Assembly (NCBI GenBank): GCA_951406725.2
Contig: OX597831.1
Coordinates: 29,264,001 to 29,328,000, forward strand
Source: Octopus vulgaris
Taxonomy: Eukaryota
Reading direction: 5' to 3'
DNA: 64,000 bases
Position numbers and translations under genes: made by a program. The notes under the pieces were generated by a model, which ran no database searches, was not told the DNA's origin, and worked only from the letters and a program-made list of their open reading frames with translations. Positions 28,355 through 41,745 of this stretch are shown piece by piece (positions within the stretch are counted from its first letter, which is position 1; each line of letters opens with the position of its first letter).

Positions 28355-28726
28355 TAGGACAGACAAAGGGTATTAAGACGATTACATCGATACCAGTGCG
28401 TCACTGGTACTTAATTTATCGACCCCGAAAGGATGAAAGGCAAAGTCGACCTCGACGGAATTTGAACTCAGAACGTAACAGCAGACGAAATACCTATTTT
28501 TTTATTACCCACAAGGGGCTAAACATAGAGGGGGAAAACAAGGACAGACATAGGTATTAAGTCGATTACATCGACCCCAGTGCGTAACTGGTACTTAATT
28601 TATCGACCCCGAAAGGACGAAAGGCAAAGTCGACCTCGGCGGAATTTGAACTCAGAACGTAACGGCAGACGAAATACCGCTAAGCATTTCGCCCGGCGTG
28701 CTAACGTTTCTGTCAGCTCGCCGCCA
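28355..28726 (-). mobile_element. SINE family B with an internally duplicated body
   Basis: Two cores; junction AAATAGG|TATTTCGTCTG on the - strand. Confidence 0.85.
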
Positions 28727-29101
28727 TCAGAACACGAAAATATTGCAAGTCAATTTGGTTTAACGTCTGGAGCACACTCCTGCCTCAAATGCAACCCGTT
28801 TTGGATATCTGAATAACTTAAAACTGAGATTCGCTACAAGATTCTGCGCCATATTGAAAGAGGACAGTTTATGGTCTCAACAGACTGTGTCTGGTTACGA
28901 TTAAGAAGTCACTTTATGTTGACAAGTAATGCCATCTACATGACACGTTGTTGTCGTTAAAGCGCGGACTGTTTGGGATATCGACCGGAAGTTGTTCGAA
29001 ATGTACAGGAAGTTTACGACATGTAATAGGAAGGAGTCAATCGCCATCTCCTGCCAACCGGAAGTTAAGAAAACTGTATCAAATCATACATGCATACATA
29101 T

Positions 29102-29164
<63 letters not shown>

Positions 29165-29278
29165 CACACAATACACACACACGTACACACACACACACGT
29201 ATATACTTGTATGTCATGCGTGTATATATATATATATATATATATATATCTGTCTCTCTCTCTCTTCTTCTTCTCCTC

Positions 29279-29310
<32 letters not shown>

Positions 29311-29332
29311 ATATATATGTATGATATGTATG

Positions 29333-29368
<36 letters not shown>

Positions 29369-29429
29369 TGTATGTATGTATGTATGTATGTATGTATGTA
29401 TGTATGTATGTATGTATATATGTATGTAC

Positions 29430-29503
<74 letters not shown>

Positions 29504-29963
29504 GTATATATATGTGTGTGTGTGTATGTATGTATATATATGATGGGACGTCATTGTGTGTAGCAATGTCAGTTAAGTGTTTGTGTACGTGTGTATATAT
29601 CTGTGTATGTTGGGAAGTGTCTTTGCTCTATTACAAACGCTGTTCATCTCAAGCAAGTGACAAACACACTAATATACACACATATACGCACAAACACACA
29701 GGCACGATTTCACTCACACATGCGCACACATACACACACACATAGTAACACAGAAAGAATTATGTTTTCTAGATCTATACGATTGTGTGTCGGTGCATAG
29801 TTGTGTGTGTACGTGTATGCGTGCGCGCGTGCATACCTGTCCGATACAAAGTTCGTATCTTCTCAAGAAATTCGATAATTTTAGAAAGTAATTGCAGTAA
29901 AAAAAATGTTTATAAAACAGTGATGATAGCGACTGTAATGATGATGAAGACGACGACGACGAC

Positions 29964-29999
<36 letters not shown>

Positions 30000-30353
30000 A
30001 ACGATGATGATGATAACGATGATGATGATGATGATGATGATGATGACGATGATAGTGGTGGTGGTGGATGGGGTGGCAATGATCACCCTAACCCTAACAC
30101 CTCAACACGTATATACATACGCACATACAAACACACACACACATACATACTCACACAAATATACTAATACATGTGTATGTACATATATATGTGCGTGAGT
30201 TATATATATCTATATGTATGTGTGTGTGTTGGTGTGTGTTTGTGTGGGTATGTGTGTATGTATACATATATGGATATGTATGCATATATATATGTGTATA
30301 TGTACTGTTATAGAAGTATATATATATACATGCAATTGTATATACATATATAC

Positions 30354-30514
<161 letters not shown>

Positions 30515-31282
30515 CACACACAGAAATAGTATGCATATATGATGTGTATGAGTGCGTTTGAGTGTATGTGTGTACGTGTGTTTTATGTTAGCGTTTTTCT
30601 AATTTTAGCAGACGACAGGATCGTCTGGCATTGTAGAAATAACGAAATAACGTGTGAATATGATGAATGACAAGAGGTTACAAGATTCATAATAAGCGCG
30701 GCAGCAAAAGTATGAGTTTTACAGCTAAATTTATCTGATAACCTATGTAATTACATTATATTTTACATCCAGCATCTATTTTGTTCAATATTTTCTTACA
30801 TTTTTCTTTTTGGCCTGTACGTCAGTCAATTCTTTATTTGACTTTTGCTATTTGTTACATTTTCATATACGGCATCTACACAGCCGTATGTATCAGTCAA
30901 CGTGTGTGTGTATGTGTGTGTGTGTGTGTGTGTTTATTGTGTGTGTGCGTGTGTGTGTGTGTCTGTGAAACTCTGTATGTGTATGTGTGTGTATGTGAGC
31001 TTATAGGAATATATGTATGTGTGTGTGTATGCATGAATGTATGTCTGTATGTATGTGCATTTATGCGATAGTGTGTTTATATACGTGTGCTTATGTACGT
31101 TTATATATAGACGTGCGCGTGTGTGTTGGTGTACATGTGTGGGTGTGAGTGTGTGAGTATGTGTGTATGCATTCGTGTTTCTGTATATCGCTGTGTATGT
31201 ATGAATATTTATGGAAGATATATGTGTGTGTGTGTGTGTATACATATATGCATGCATATATATATTTACACATATATATGTA

Positions 31283-31313
<31 letters not shown>

Positions 31314-31600
31314 GCAGACATATATATATATATATCCCACACACACACATATCATATATATCTTTGCCTTTAAAACCCACTTTGCTCTTGTTATCGTAAA
31401 CATCCGCCTTTCATGTGCTTCTGCTAACACCAGCCGTTTTTCTCTATCTCCGTTGCCCGCCCGGGATCTTTCTTTCCTCTCTTCCTTCTTTATGTTTCCG
31501 ACGAAGAGCTAAACGTATATCCCTGCTTCCATTTCCTGAGCGCCTATTAATAATAATACTGTAATTGTTCCCTTGTTGTTGTTTTTTTGTTTCCGTTTGG

Positions 31601-31651
<51 letters not shown>

Positions 31652-33079
31652 ATATATATATTCGGATGCTCTGGGATATGCATCTTCAATGATGTTTCTA
31701 GGTCTCGGTGGGTTTAGGGTCTTTTGAAATCTGACCCCTTGCATAGTTGATCCGGTAGGGGTTGACGAAGTTCCAGTTTGCATCTCAATAATAGCAAACC
31801 ACTTGTCTGCCCTCCTTATCCAAAGTCATTTCATGACCTTCTCTGCGACTTCAGCGATGGAATTTATATCCCCCACCCAATCCCAACTCTTTGCCATGTC
31901 GGTGACTCCAATACGTGTATTTATCCGCAAAAAATAAGTTACAAAAGTGACTCAAGAGTCAAGCGTTTCGTGAACGGCGAATGATATTATGATATTTGGC
32001 CCTGGAGTCACTTCTGTACTTTACCGTAGTTGAAAGAGTACAAATGCACAATGTGTTTTCGATTATGTGTGCATATACCTGTGTATGTGTGCGTGTGTGT
32101 GTGTATGTGTGTTTGTGTGTGTTTGTGTGCTTGTGTATTTGTGTATGTCTATGTGTCTGTGTAGAAAAAAAATGCAGAAAAGCATAGATTTCACAGATAA
32201 TTCAAACGTTACTTTCCGCAGCTGCTTAATTAGAAATAAAGAAACATATTTCTAAAAGTCCATAAATAGAATACATAATGAGTATGAATCAGTTTATATT
32301 AATTAATTATGTTCCTCGATTAAGTAATTATTAAATTATAGATCCGTATTCCTTATAAAATAGTCGTGGGGTGTAATTAAATTACGAACTATCTGTGAAA
32401 ATTATGTCTTTCTGTTTTATATTTTGTATATTTCACTCTAAAAAGATTATTTTGGTGGATTACGCATTTGCATGCAAGCTAGTTAGATACGAATTTGTAT
32501 GCAATATTATAACGTGCTGGAGTTTATCCACCTTTTATTAATCGATCTCTTAATTACCGATAATTATTTCCAATAATTACAGGTATAAACTAGAACTTGT
32601 AAGTTGGATAGAGTAGTTGCAGACTCCTCAATAGTTCAGCGGAGGTATTTTTTTTTCGCTTATCTTTTGTATTCCGTTAACATCCGCTGATCTTTACCTT
32701 TATGTATGTATGTGTGTATGTATGTATGTATGTATGTATGTATATATGTATGTATGTATGTATATGTGTGTGTGTATATATGCATGTATGTATGTATGTA
32801 TGTATGTATGTATGTATATGTGTGTGTATATATGCATGTATGTATGTATGTATATGTGTGTGTGTATATATGCATGTATGTATGTATGTATGTATGTATG
32901 TATGTATATGTTTGTGTATATATGCATGTATGTATGTATGTATGTATGTATGTATGTATGTATATGTGTGTGTGTATATATGCATGTATGTATGTATGTA
33001 TGTATGTATGTGTGTGTGTATATATGCATGTATGTATGTATGTATGTATGTATGTATGCATGTATGTATATATGTATGT

Positions 33080-33410
33080 GAAGGCGCATGGCTCAGTGGT
33101 TAGAACATCGAGCTTACGATCGTGAGGTTGTGAGTTCTTGAGCAAGACACTTTATTTCACGTTGCTCCTGTTCACTCAGCTGTAGAAATGCGATGTCATT
33201 GGTGCCAAGCTATATCGGCCCCTTTGCCTTTCTTTTGGATAACATTAGTGGCGTGGAGAGGGGAGGCTGGTATGCTTGGGCGACTGCTGGTCTTCCATAA
33301 ACCAACCGTAGGTTGTGCGTTCACCGGTGGGGCGACTTTCCGCCTAGCTTGTACCCCCGGAAGGGAACCTCTTACGTGCACCCATGGTCATTCATGACCG
33401 ACGGGGTCGT
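33080..33410 (+). mobile_element. SINE family C (tail type 3), B box deleted
   Basis: GAAGGCGCATGGCTCAGTGGTTAG...GTTC|TTGAGCAAGACACTTTATTTCAC; tail CATGGTCATTCATGACCG is shared with 55501-55800. Confidence 0.8.
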
Positions 33411-33491
33411 GTTCTTTTTATGTGACCCGTCCGTGTTTTTTTGTATCGTCTTCTGAATGTTTTGCGTTCTTGTCCCATTTTGTATTTTTTA

Positions 33492-33522
<31 letters not shown>

Positions 33523-33607
33523 TGTATGTATGTATGTATGTATGTATGTATGTATGTATGTATGTATGTATGTATGTACGTACGTATGTATGTATATATG
33601 TATGTAT

Positions 33608-33840
33608 TTATTTCTTTACTACCCACTAGGGGCTAAACGCAGAGAGGACAAACAAGGACAGACAAACGGATTAAGTCGATTATATCGCCCCCATTGCGTA
33701 ACTGGTACTTATTTAATCGACCCCGAAAGGATGAAAGGCAAAGTCGACCTCGGCGGAATTTGGACTCAGAACGTAACGGCAGACGAAATACGGCTACGCA
33801 TTTCGCCCGGCGTGCTAACGTTTCTGCCAGCTCGCCGCCT
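33608..33840 (-). mobile_element. SINE family B monomer
   Basis: Complete head, core and tail inside (TATG)n. Confidence 0.85.
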
Positions 33841-34343
33841 TGTATATATGTATGAATGTATGTATGTATGTATGTATGTATGTATGTATGTATGTATGTA
33901 TGTATGTATGTATGTATGTATGTATGCATGTATGTATGTATGTATGTATGTGTGTGTGTGTACAACCGCTTGTCCCCGTAAATAAATGGTTCTTCAAAAG
34001 AGCAGATAGAATAAGTACGATACTTAAAATAAAAGGACACAAGTACGATTTGTTCGACCAAACCCTTCCGGGTGGTGCTCCGGCATGGCCGTAGTCCAAT
34101 AACGGAAAGAAGTAAAAGAGATACAAGTGACATTTTTTATGTGATTTGTTGCAGCAATATAAGAAAGTTGTGTGAGACTACTTGTTTTTTTTTTGTGGGG
34201 TGGGTTTAGGGGTGGACTTAAGAGGATAAATTTGGTATTCAGATTATTTTTGGTGTCCAAACACCCGGAATAGATATAAGTTTCAGAACTTATAAATAAT
34301 AATTGCATCTGTTCCCACGCCTATATATATACATATATATATA

Positions 34344-34475
<132 letters not shown>

Positions 34476-34542
34476 TGTATATACACCCCACAAAAATAGT
34501 CATTTATCATTTGTATATATAATGTCTGTATATAGACATTCA

Positions 34543-34578
<36 letters not shown>

Positions 34579-34704
34579 TGTAAGACATATAATATATATA
34601 TGTGTGTTTGTTTATATATGTATGCATATACATGCATGCATAAATAGGTATATATGTGTGTGTGCGTATGCATATATGTATGTATATAAGTGCATATAGA
34701 CATA

Positions 34705-34753
<49 letters not shown>

Positions 34754-34754
34754 A

Positions 34755-34806
<52 letters not shown>

Positions 34807-34879
34807 TATATGTATATGAGTGAATATGTTCTTTGTTCAATTCTCTTGCATGTGTGTATATATATGTGTGTTACGCGGA

Positions 34880-34916
<37 letters not shown>

Positions 34917-35251
34917 AAAACTCCCAAGCTGATGTTTGGGTGTTCATGAGAGAAACAGCAGAAATTGGTCAGCCACATGTGGAATATTTCAAACGAAGAA
35001 AACATATTTTTATAATTCTGTCGAAGAATTCCAGAAGATTAAGAGGAGGAGGAGGAGTGGGTGGAGGCAGAAGAGGAGAAGGAAAATAAGGATTAGAGGT
35101 TGTAAGAGAAATGGATGGGGGGGGGGGAGACAAAGGAAGACACGTCGTCGTCGTCATCATCAATTCATCTTCCTCCTCCTCCACCACCACCACCGCCACC
35201 ACCACCACCACCACTATCATCTTCATCATCTTCATCACATTATCATCACCA

Positions 35252-35283
<32 letters not shown>

Positions 35284-35308
35284 CTCCTCCTCCTCCTTAT
35301 CGTCATCG

Positions 35309-35353
<45 letters not shown>

Positions 35354-35390
35354 CCATTGTCATCGTCGTCATCATCGTTATTCTCGTCAT

Positions 35391-35431
<41 letters not shown>

Positions 35432-35432
35432 G

Positions 35433-35473
<41 letters not shown>

Positions 35474-35647
35474 TGCATTCGCTGACTTCAAAGCGATCCC
35501 TTTTATCTGGAACCTTGATATGTGGCGACACACAGACAGAATTTAATAATGACTTGTTAATTGCGCATGACAGAGGCACAAGGGAGTATTTTGATAAGGG
35601 ATGAACAAGGCGGGGGTTTGGAGTCGCTGGTGTAACGAGAGATAGTG

Positions 35648-35710
<63 letters not shown>

Positions 35711-36061
35711 TAAGGGAGAGGGTGGTGGAATTGCGTTCAAGCTATGCCTACAAATTATGTTGGTAATGCTTTAAAAGTAAGCTGTACCGGTTTGTGATTC
35801 GAAACCGTGACCATGAATCTCGTTTTGCCGAAATTATTTTTAAGCGGTGTGGTAGATATATCGTTTGTTCTACGAGAAATAACAGCTAAATCTACTTCAA
35901 CTCACAGCTTACCGTCTTAAGAAAGGAACCATACATTGGGTAACGTGATCCCGGTTGTAAACTACGTTTGTTTATAGACGGGACAGTCACAGTTGGATTG
36001 CTTGTGATCATAAGCACAACAACAGAAATTAATCACTGTCAAGCTAACAAAGCTGCTTTGA

Positions 36062-36275
36062 AGTATCTCGACCTGCTAAAAGACAGCACTAAAATCACTC
36101 TCAAATCACGCATTGGTATTTAGCAAAGAGAAGGATGTTTTGAAAATTACAGTCTTCGATACACTATTATACCTGAACAATACAAAAACAGGCGACATGG
36201 TGGTTTCAATTTGGACACCTTGATCCTAGATTTCCAGGATCAGGGTTGACCTAAGGCCGACCACCATTACTATCA
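36062..36275 (+). mobile_element. Old SINE-like repeat (family D); related decayed copies at ~8340-8500, 35860-36020, 37830-37970 and 48612-48790
   Basis: Shared 'CT(A/G)GAAATA.CAGC.AAAT' start and a 'TTGATC...GATCAGGG.TGACCT' end. Confidence 0.5.
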
Positions 36276-36278
36276 GCT

Positions 36279-36710
36279 CATCATCATCCTAGTCAGGTGT
36301 CGCACTATGCGATGCTGTGGTCATCACGATGTCTTGCCACCTTCTCCCGTCCTCTACCCCATGGACAGCTGAGAATAAAGACAATCCTGTGGCTGCGATG
36401 TCTTTCAGCCAAGAAGTGGGTGGTCTGCCTCTTTTACGTCTGCCGTTCACCTTACCAGTTATGATCGTTCGCTCAAGTCCATCCCGGCGCCTGACGTGGC
36501 CGAGGAACCGTAGCTTCCGCTTCATGATGTTTCGCCGAAGCGTCATCTCACAACCGAGCTTTTCTAGTACCCAGTTGTTCGTCCTTCTCTCCGTCCACGA
36601 CACTCTAAGGATTCTGTGGTAACACCACATTACAAAAGCGCTCACTCTTTTCTCGTCTGCCTTCAACATTGTCCACGACTCGCAGCCGTACGTCGCAATA
36701 GAGAAAGCGG
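36279..36710 (-). mobile_element. 5'-truncated RTE (BovB-like) LINE with a (GAT)n tail and a putative CAGCT target-site duplication
   Basis: Translates TYGCESWTMLKADEKRVSAFVMWCYHRILRVSW...KLRFLGHVRRRDGLERTIITGKVNGRRKRGRP. CAGCT occurs at 36274-36278 and 36711-36715. Confidence 0.88.
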
Positions 36711-37035
36711 CAGCTACCAGAAGGGTTACGATAATGAGAAGGTGCTCTTTGGTGTGAGCGAGGCTGGTGAAGAAATGTGAGGCCTTGATCGTAGATTTCC
36801 TGGATCAGGGTTGACCTAGGGTTGACCACTACTACCAACAGCTACAAGAGGGATTACGATAGTGAGAAGGAAGCCTTTGGTGTGAGCGAGGCTGGTGAAG
36901 AAATGTGAGGCCTTGATCGTAGATTTCCTGGATCAGGGTTGACCTAGGGCTGACCACTACTACCAACAGCAACAAGAAGGATTACAATAATGGGAAAGGA
37001 ACCTTTGGTGTGAGCGAGGCTGGTGAAGAAATGTT
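36711..37035. repeat. Tandem repeat of a ~125-bp unit (~2.6 copies)
   Basis: CTTTGGTGTGAGCGAGGCTGGTGAAGAAATGT occurs three times. Confidence 0.9.
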
Positions 37036-37158
37036 ATGTTGCCATGGTTACCTTTTTCTTTTTGTACCCTTCTAAGAAGCGCCTGGGGACAAGTCAAATA
37101 GATTCAGTCAGATATGAAACTGGATCGTGCTCTCAGTTTGTCGCTGTTTTATATCTAT

Positions 37159-37480
37159 GAAGGCGCGTGGCCCAGTGGCTATCCTGCTCATGGTCATAAG
37201 GCAGTGAGTTCGATTCCTGGTAGCGCGCTATGTCCTTGAGCAAGACAATTTATTTCACATTGTTCCAGCCCACTCAGCTGGCAAAAATGAGAAGTACCTG
37301 TATTTGAAAATGGGCCAGCCTTCTCACATTCTGCGATACGCAGAATCTTTTTGAGAACTGCGTCAAGGGGTACGCCTGTCTGTGGAATTCTTAGCCATTG
37401 GCACGTTAATTGCAGCTGCATGCTGTTCAGTTGATCGGATCAACTGGAAACCACGTCGTCGTAACCGACGGAACACCAGT
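37159..37480 (+). mobile_element. SINE family C (tail type 4 with a terminal stem-loop)
   Basis: GAAGGCGCGTGGCCCAGTGG, B box GAGTTCGATTCC, core CCTTGAGCAAGAC..TTTATTTCAC; 3' hairpin ACTGG..CGTCG..CGACG..CCAGT. Confidence 0.75.
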
Positions 37481-37614
37481 TTTACATGTAGCTCCTTTCG
37501 TTTCAAATATTAGTAAGAAGAGGAAGAGAAGGGATAAGGCCCATGCACCTCCTTCTCATCTGCTGTGCTTGGTAACCAGCTTCAATATCCAGGAGAAGTA
37601 AACACTAACATTAT

Positions 37615-37674
<60 letters not shown>

Positions 37675-38306
37675 TGTGTGTGAGTGTGCGCGCGCACGCA
37701 TGTATGTGAAGGAGATGAACAGAACCTGTTTACCCTCAAGGAATCCTTCCAGATATCGCACTCTCACCGTTAGGCGCTGCATCCTTTGTCTTCTGTGCAG
37801 GACCAAGAGGAATCCCATACGTGGACAATCGACTTACTAAAAATAGCAGTTAATTCCTCCACCCACCCACCCACATAATTTTCTAGCGTCTTGAAACCAA
37901 AATGAGCAGCATTGAACGGCGTAGCTCTAGGATACACGACGATAGAAAGAGAAACGGGTACTTCATGAGTGCTCGGTGAGAATTACAATTCTGAGTGCTC
38001 GATGAAGTTCACAGAACTTTCAGCACAGCGATATAACTTCCACCAAAACTTGATTTGGCAGCGCAATAGGAGTGGGGTCGGATGTTTGCAAGCTGGAAAT
38101 AAACTACACAGTCCCACCAGTCTTAGAATAATTTTTGAAAGGTAACATACTCTTGGAAGTCAGATATTTCAGGATTTTGTGTGGGGTTCCAAGACGGGAC
38201 TTAGACGGCTGTCTTCCTTTTCAGAAACACACCGCAAATCCATTATTTATATACACAGTACAGCATTGTACACATTGCATACTGGCCCCCATAGCATATA
38301 TATACG

Positions 38307-38363
<57 letters not shown>

Positions 38364-38564
38364 TTTATTTTTATTATTGTTGTTGTTGTTGTTGTTGTTA
38401 TTGCCGTTGTTGTTGTTATTTCCGGCTCATTAACTTGGCATCTGTGATGGGATGAGAACATGCCAATGCAATTATTAGCACCTCTTTTAATGGAAGTTTT
38501 ACAGAAACAATAAGGTATGTCAGATGTTGGACTTTGTTAAGTACCTCGCCAAGAATTCCATCTA

Positions 38565-38610
<46 letters not shown>

Positions 38611-38727
38611 AGTGTAAATGCGTCTAGATATTTAAGTCTGTGTCTTTGTATGTATGTATTGTATACATATGTATGAGTGTAGATAAGTTGATATACTGAA
38701 GTGTTACGTTCTTAACAGAATATACCA

Positions 38728-38811
<84 letters not shown>

Positions 38812-38814
38812 TAC

Positions 38815-38914
<100 letters not shown>

Positions 38915-39019
38915 ATATATATGTATATGGATGTATGTATATGACTGGAGATATATCTGTATATTGAAGCGTTCATGTTTATATATACATATGCATGAAT
39001 ATTTAAGAATGTGTATGAG

Positions 39020-39050
<31 letters not shown>

Positions 39051-39061
39051 ATCTATCTATG

Positions 39062-39113
<52 letters not shown>

Positions 39114-39416
39114 AGTGTGTATATACACCAGTACGCAAGTATACAAATATTTATTTCTAAATTTCTGCTACACATGTTATATATCCATCCATTCGTTATA
39201 TATTTATGTCGGGAGTGTATACGCATGTGTCTATATGTGTATGTCTATGTGTGTGCAAGTATGTATATGCGTGCAGAAAGCTTAAATCCTTATCTTATCT
39301 TATAAAACCCCAGTAGCCCGTGACAGTATCCTCAGCGAATTCATTCCCAGCCGAAAGCATTTAACACGCGTGCGCATCCGCCATCACACTCATGCACATT
39401 AAGTCTCACACACACA

Positions 39417-39454
<38 letters not shown>

Positions 39455-39566
39455 CACACACATTTCTTCATTATTTCTTTCTCCCTCTTTCACCTCCTAC
39501 ATCTTCTCTCTATATGTATCTCTATCCATCATATAATATATACACGAGCTCGTCACCCCCTCTCTT

Positions 39567-39655
<89 letters not shown>

Positions 39656-39656
<1 letters not shown>

Positions 39657-40167
39657 TAGTTACAGCTACAATATCCTTAACTGGACACGAAATGAACTGA
39701 CCAAAATAGATAGGAAAACAAGAAAAATAATGACAGGATCTAGGATGCATCACCCAAAATCTAAGAAACAATAAATCATATTATCTCTGGCTGCCCAGTC
39801 CTGGCTAAGAAGGAATATATTCACAGACAAGACAGAGTTGGAACCTACATACATTGGAAGCTATGCCAACATTATGGAATTAGAGAAATTAAGGCCAACA
39901 GACCAGATATAGTTGTCAGAGACCATAAGAAAAAATGCTTTCTAAATGTATCAATACACCAGGACTTCACAAACACATATAACATACAAAACAGAAACAA
40001 TTGCTATCTACTAGGCACAGACAAATGGACACAAACACATCCTACTACTAGCAGAACACTTTCCATACAATAACCATCAGAGCATCACAACAAATTACAG
40101 CACATACCCAAGGCACACAGAGCTGCGCTCGGTAGTGAAGTGAAAGCATGCTATAAAAATAAAACTA

Positions 40168-40170
<3 letters not shown>
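39656..40170 (+). mobile_element. R4/Dong-clade non-LTR retrotransposon relic (RT thumb, zinc-knuckle end, RLE endonuclease) inside (TAA)n
   Basis: Translates SYSYNILNWTRNELTKIDRKTRKIMTGSRMHHPKS / ETINHIISGCPVLAKKEYIHRQDRVGTYIHWKLC / REIKANRPDIVV. (TAA)n tracts at 39569-39655 and 40171-40251. Confidence 0.85.
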
Positions 40171-40248
<78 letters not shown>

Positions 40249-40391
40249 AATATGAGGGAATATTATTCCAAACTTACAGGGGAAAATTCAATTGAGAAAT
40301 ACTAAATCAAATTTCACAAAATATAATATATATATAAGTATATGAATATAATTAATATGTAATTTTTCTAAATGGTATAATTTAATTTTAC

Positions 40392-40441
<50 letters not shown>

Positions 40442-40622
40442 TGCATGCGTCTGTATGTATGCGTGTGTGTATTTATGCGTGTGTGTCTGCGTGTGTATGC
40501 ATGTATGTATGTATATATGAATGTACGTTTGTATGTGTATGTATGTTTGTATGTATTTATCTATCTACACACACACATACCTGAATATCTGTGTGTGTTT
40601 GTATAAATGCATTTACATATCA

Positions 40623-40870
40623 ATATAGTAAAAGCTATTTGTCAGCATAATATGGCTGTCCTGGAAGGGACGTTATCACTGTTCATTAGCCCCAAGAAGC
40701 TTCGTTTCTAGCTGGCTATACGACACACTGAGTCCTTATATTTTCGAACCGAAAATTCAGCATCCCCACCTACCACAAAAACAGCATCTGTAGACTAATT
40801 TCAGGGTTATTATCCTTTATCAACACAGAGCAGCTGCTTGGCCAGGTGGCGCTGCCGAATTCCCGGTTCG
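40623..40870 (-). mobile_element. Hammerhead-bearing non-coding repeat (family H), copy 1
   Basis: Homologous to 43857-44100 and the reverse complement of 61990-62141 (shared AAGGG..., TTAGCCC.A.GAAG, GACAC..., GTCCTTAT blocks). Confidence 0.7.
40777..40838 (-). ncRNA. Type I hammerhead ribozyme with a U3-A8 core variant
   Basis: - strand reads TCTGTG-TTGATAA-AGG(ATAATAAC)CCT-GAAA-TTAG-TC|TACAGA. Stem I has 6 bp, an internal loop, and a distal helix AAGCAGC/GCTGTTT. Confidence 0.7.
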
Positions 40871-41384
40871 AATAAATAAATTTCAAAGTGACACACAGCC
40901 ACTGAAAGAGAAATAATATTTCTAAATCTCTCAGAGATATTTTCGAAAATATGAGTACACAGATAGTGTGTCGTATAGTCAACTAGAAAAAGGTAAAATG
41001 AGTAATGACTGTTTTAAGAATTTCGCTTCTTCAACTGCATGGTGCGTAAATATATTCGGAGCCATTCCAGCAGATTGTGAAGGAACGATAGAGAATATTT
41101 GAAGTTGATTTTTTTTTATTTCTTGGAATTTCGTTAATTTCATATCACGTGGCATTTTTCAATGATCCTCTTTCAATTTAACCGAGATATTAAAAATTTT
41201 TGTTGCATTTCTGATCTTTCTGATGTCTAAGGATGAATATCGATGCGCATAAGTTTGTTTTAAAATGTAATTCTAGAGAACTGTTATCTTATCTTGTCTT
41301 ACTCATTTTGCCCCATCTAAATTTGTTTGGTATGTTATAGTGATTTTAATGCATTTAGAGGGAGCCATTTACTTACTCTTACTC

Positions 41385-41745
41385 TTTTTACTCTTTTATT
41401 TATTTCAGTCATTTGACTGCGGCCATGCTGGAGCACCGCCTTTAGTCGAGCAAATCGACCCCGGGAGTTATTCTTTGTAAGCCCAGTACTTATCCTATAG
41501 GTGTCTTTGCCGAACCGCTAAGTGACGGGGACGTAAACACACCAGCATCGGTTGTCAAGCAATGCTAGGGAGACAAACACAGACACACAAACACACACAC
41601 ACACATACATATATACATATATACGACAGGCTTCTTTCAGTTTCCGTCTACCAAATCCACTCACAAGGCATTGATCGGCCCGGGGCTATAGTAGAAGACA
41701 CTTGCCCAAGATGCCACGCAGTGGGACTGAACCCGGAACCATGTG
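41385..41745 (-). mobile_element. SINE family A (5' end missing)
   Basis: Near-consensus body and tail. Confidence 0.85.

Noticed and set aside
35111-35546. PolyP/H/Q ORF resembling a transcription-factor low-complexity region
   Set aside because: Compound trinucleotide microsatellite, open in all frames, with no adjacent folded domain.
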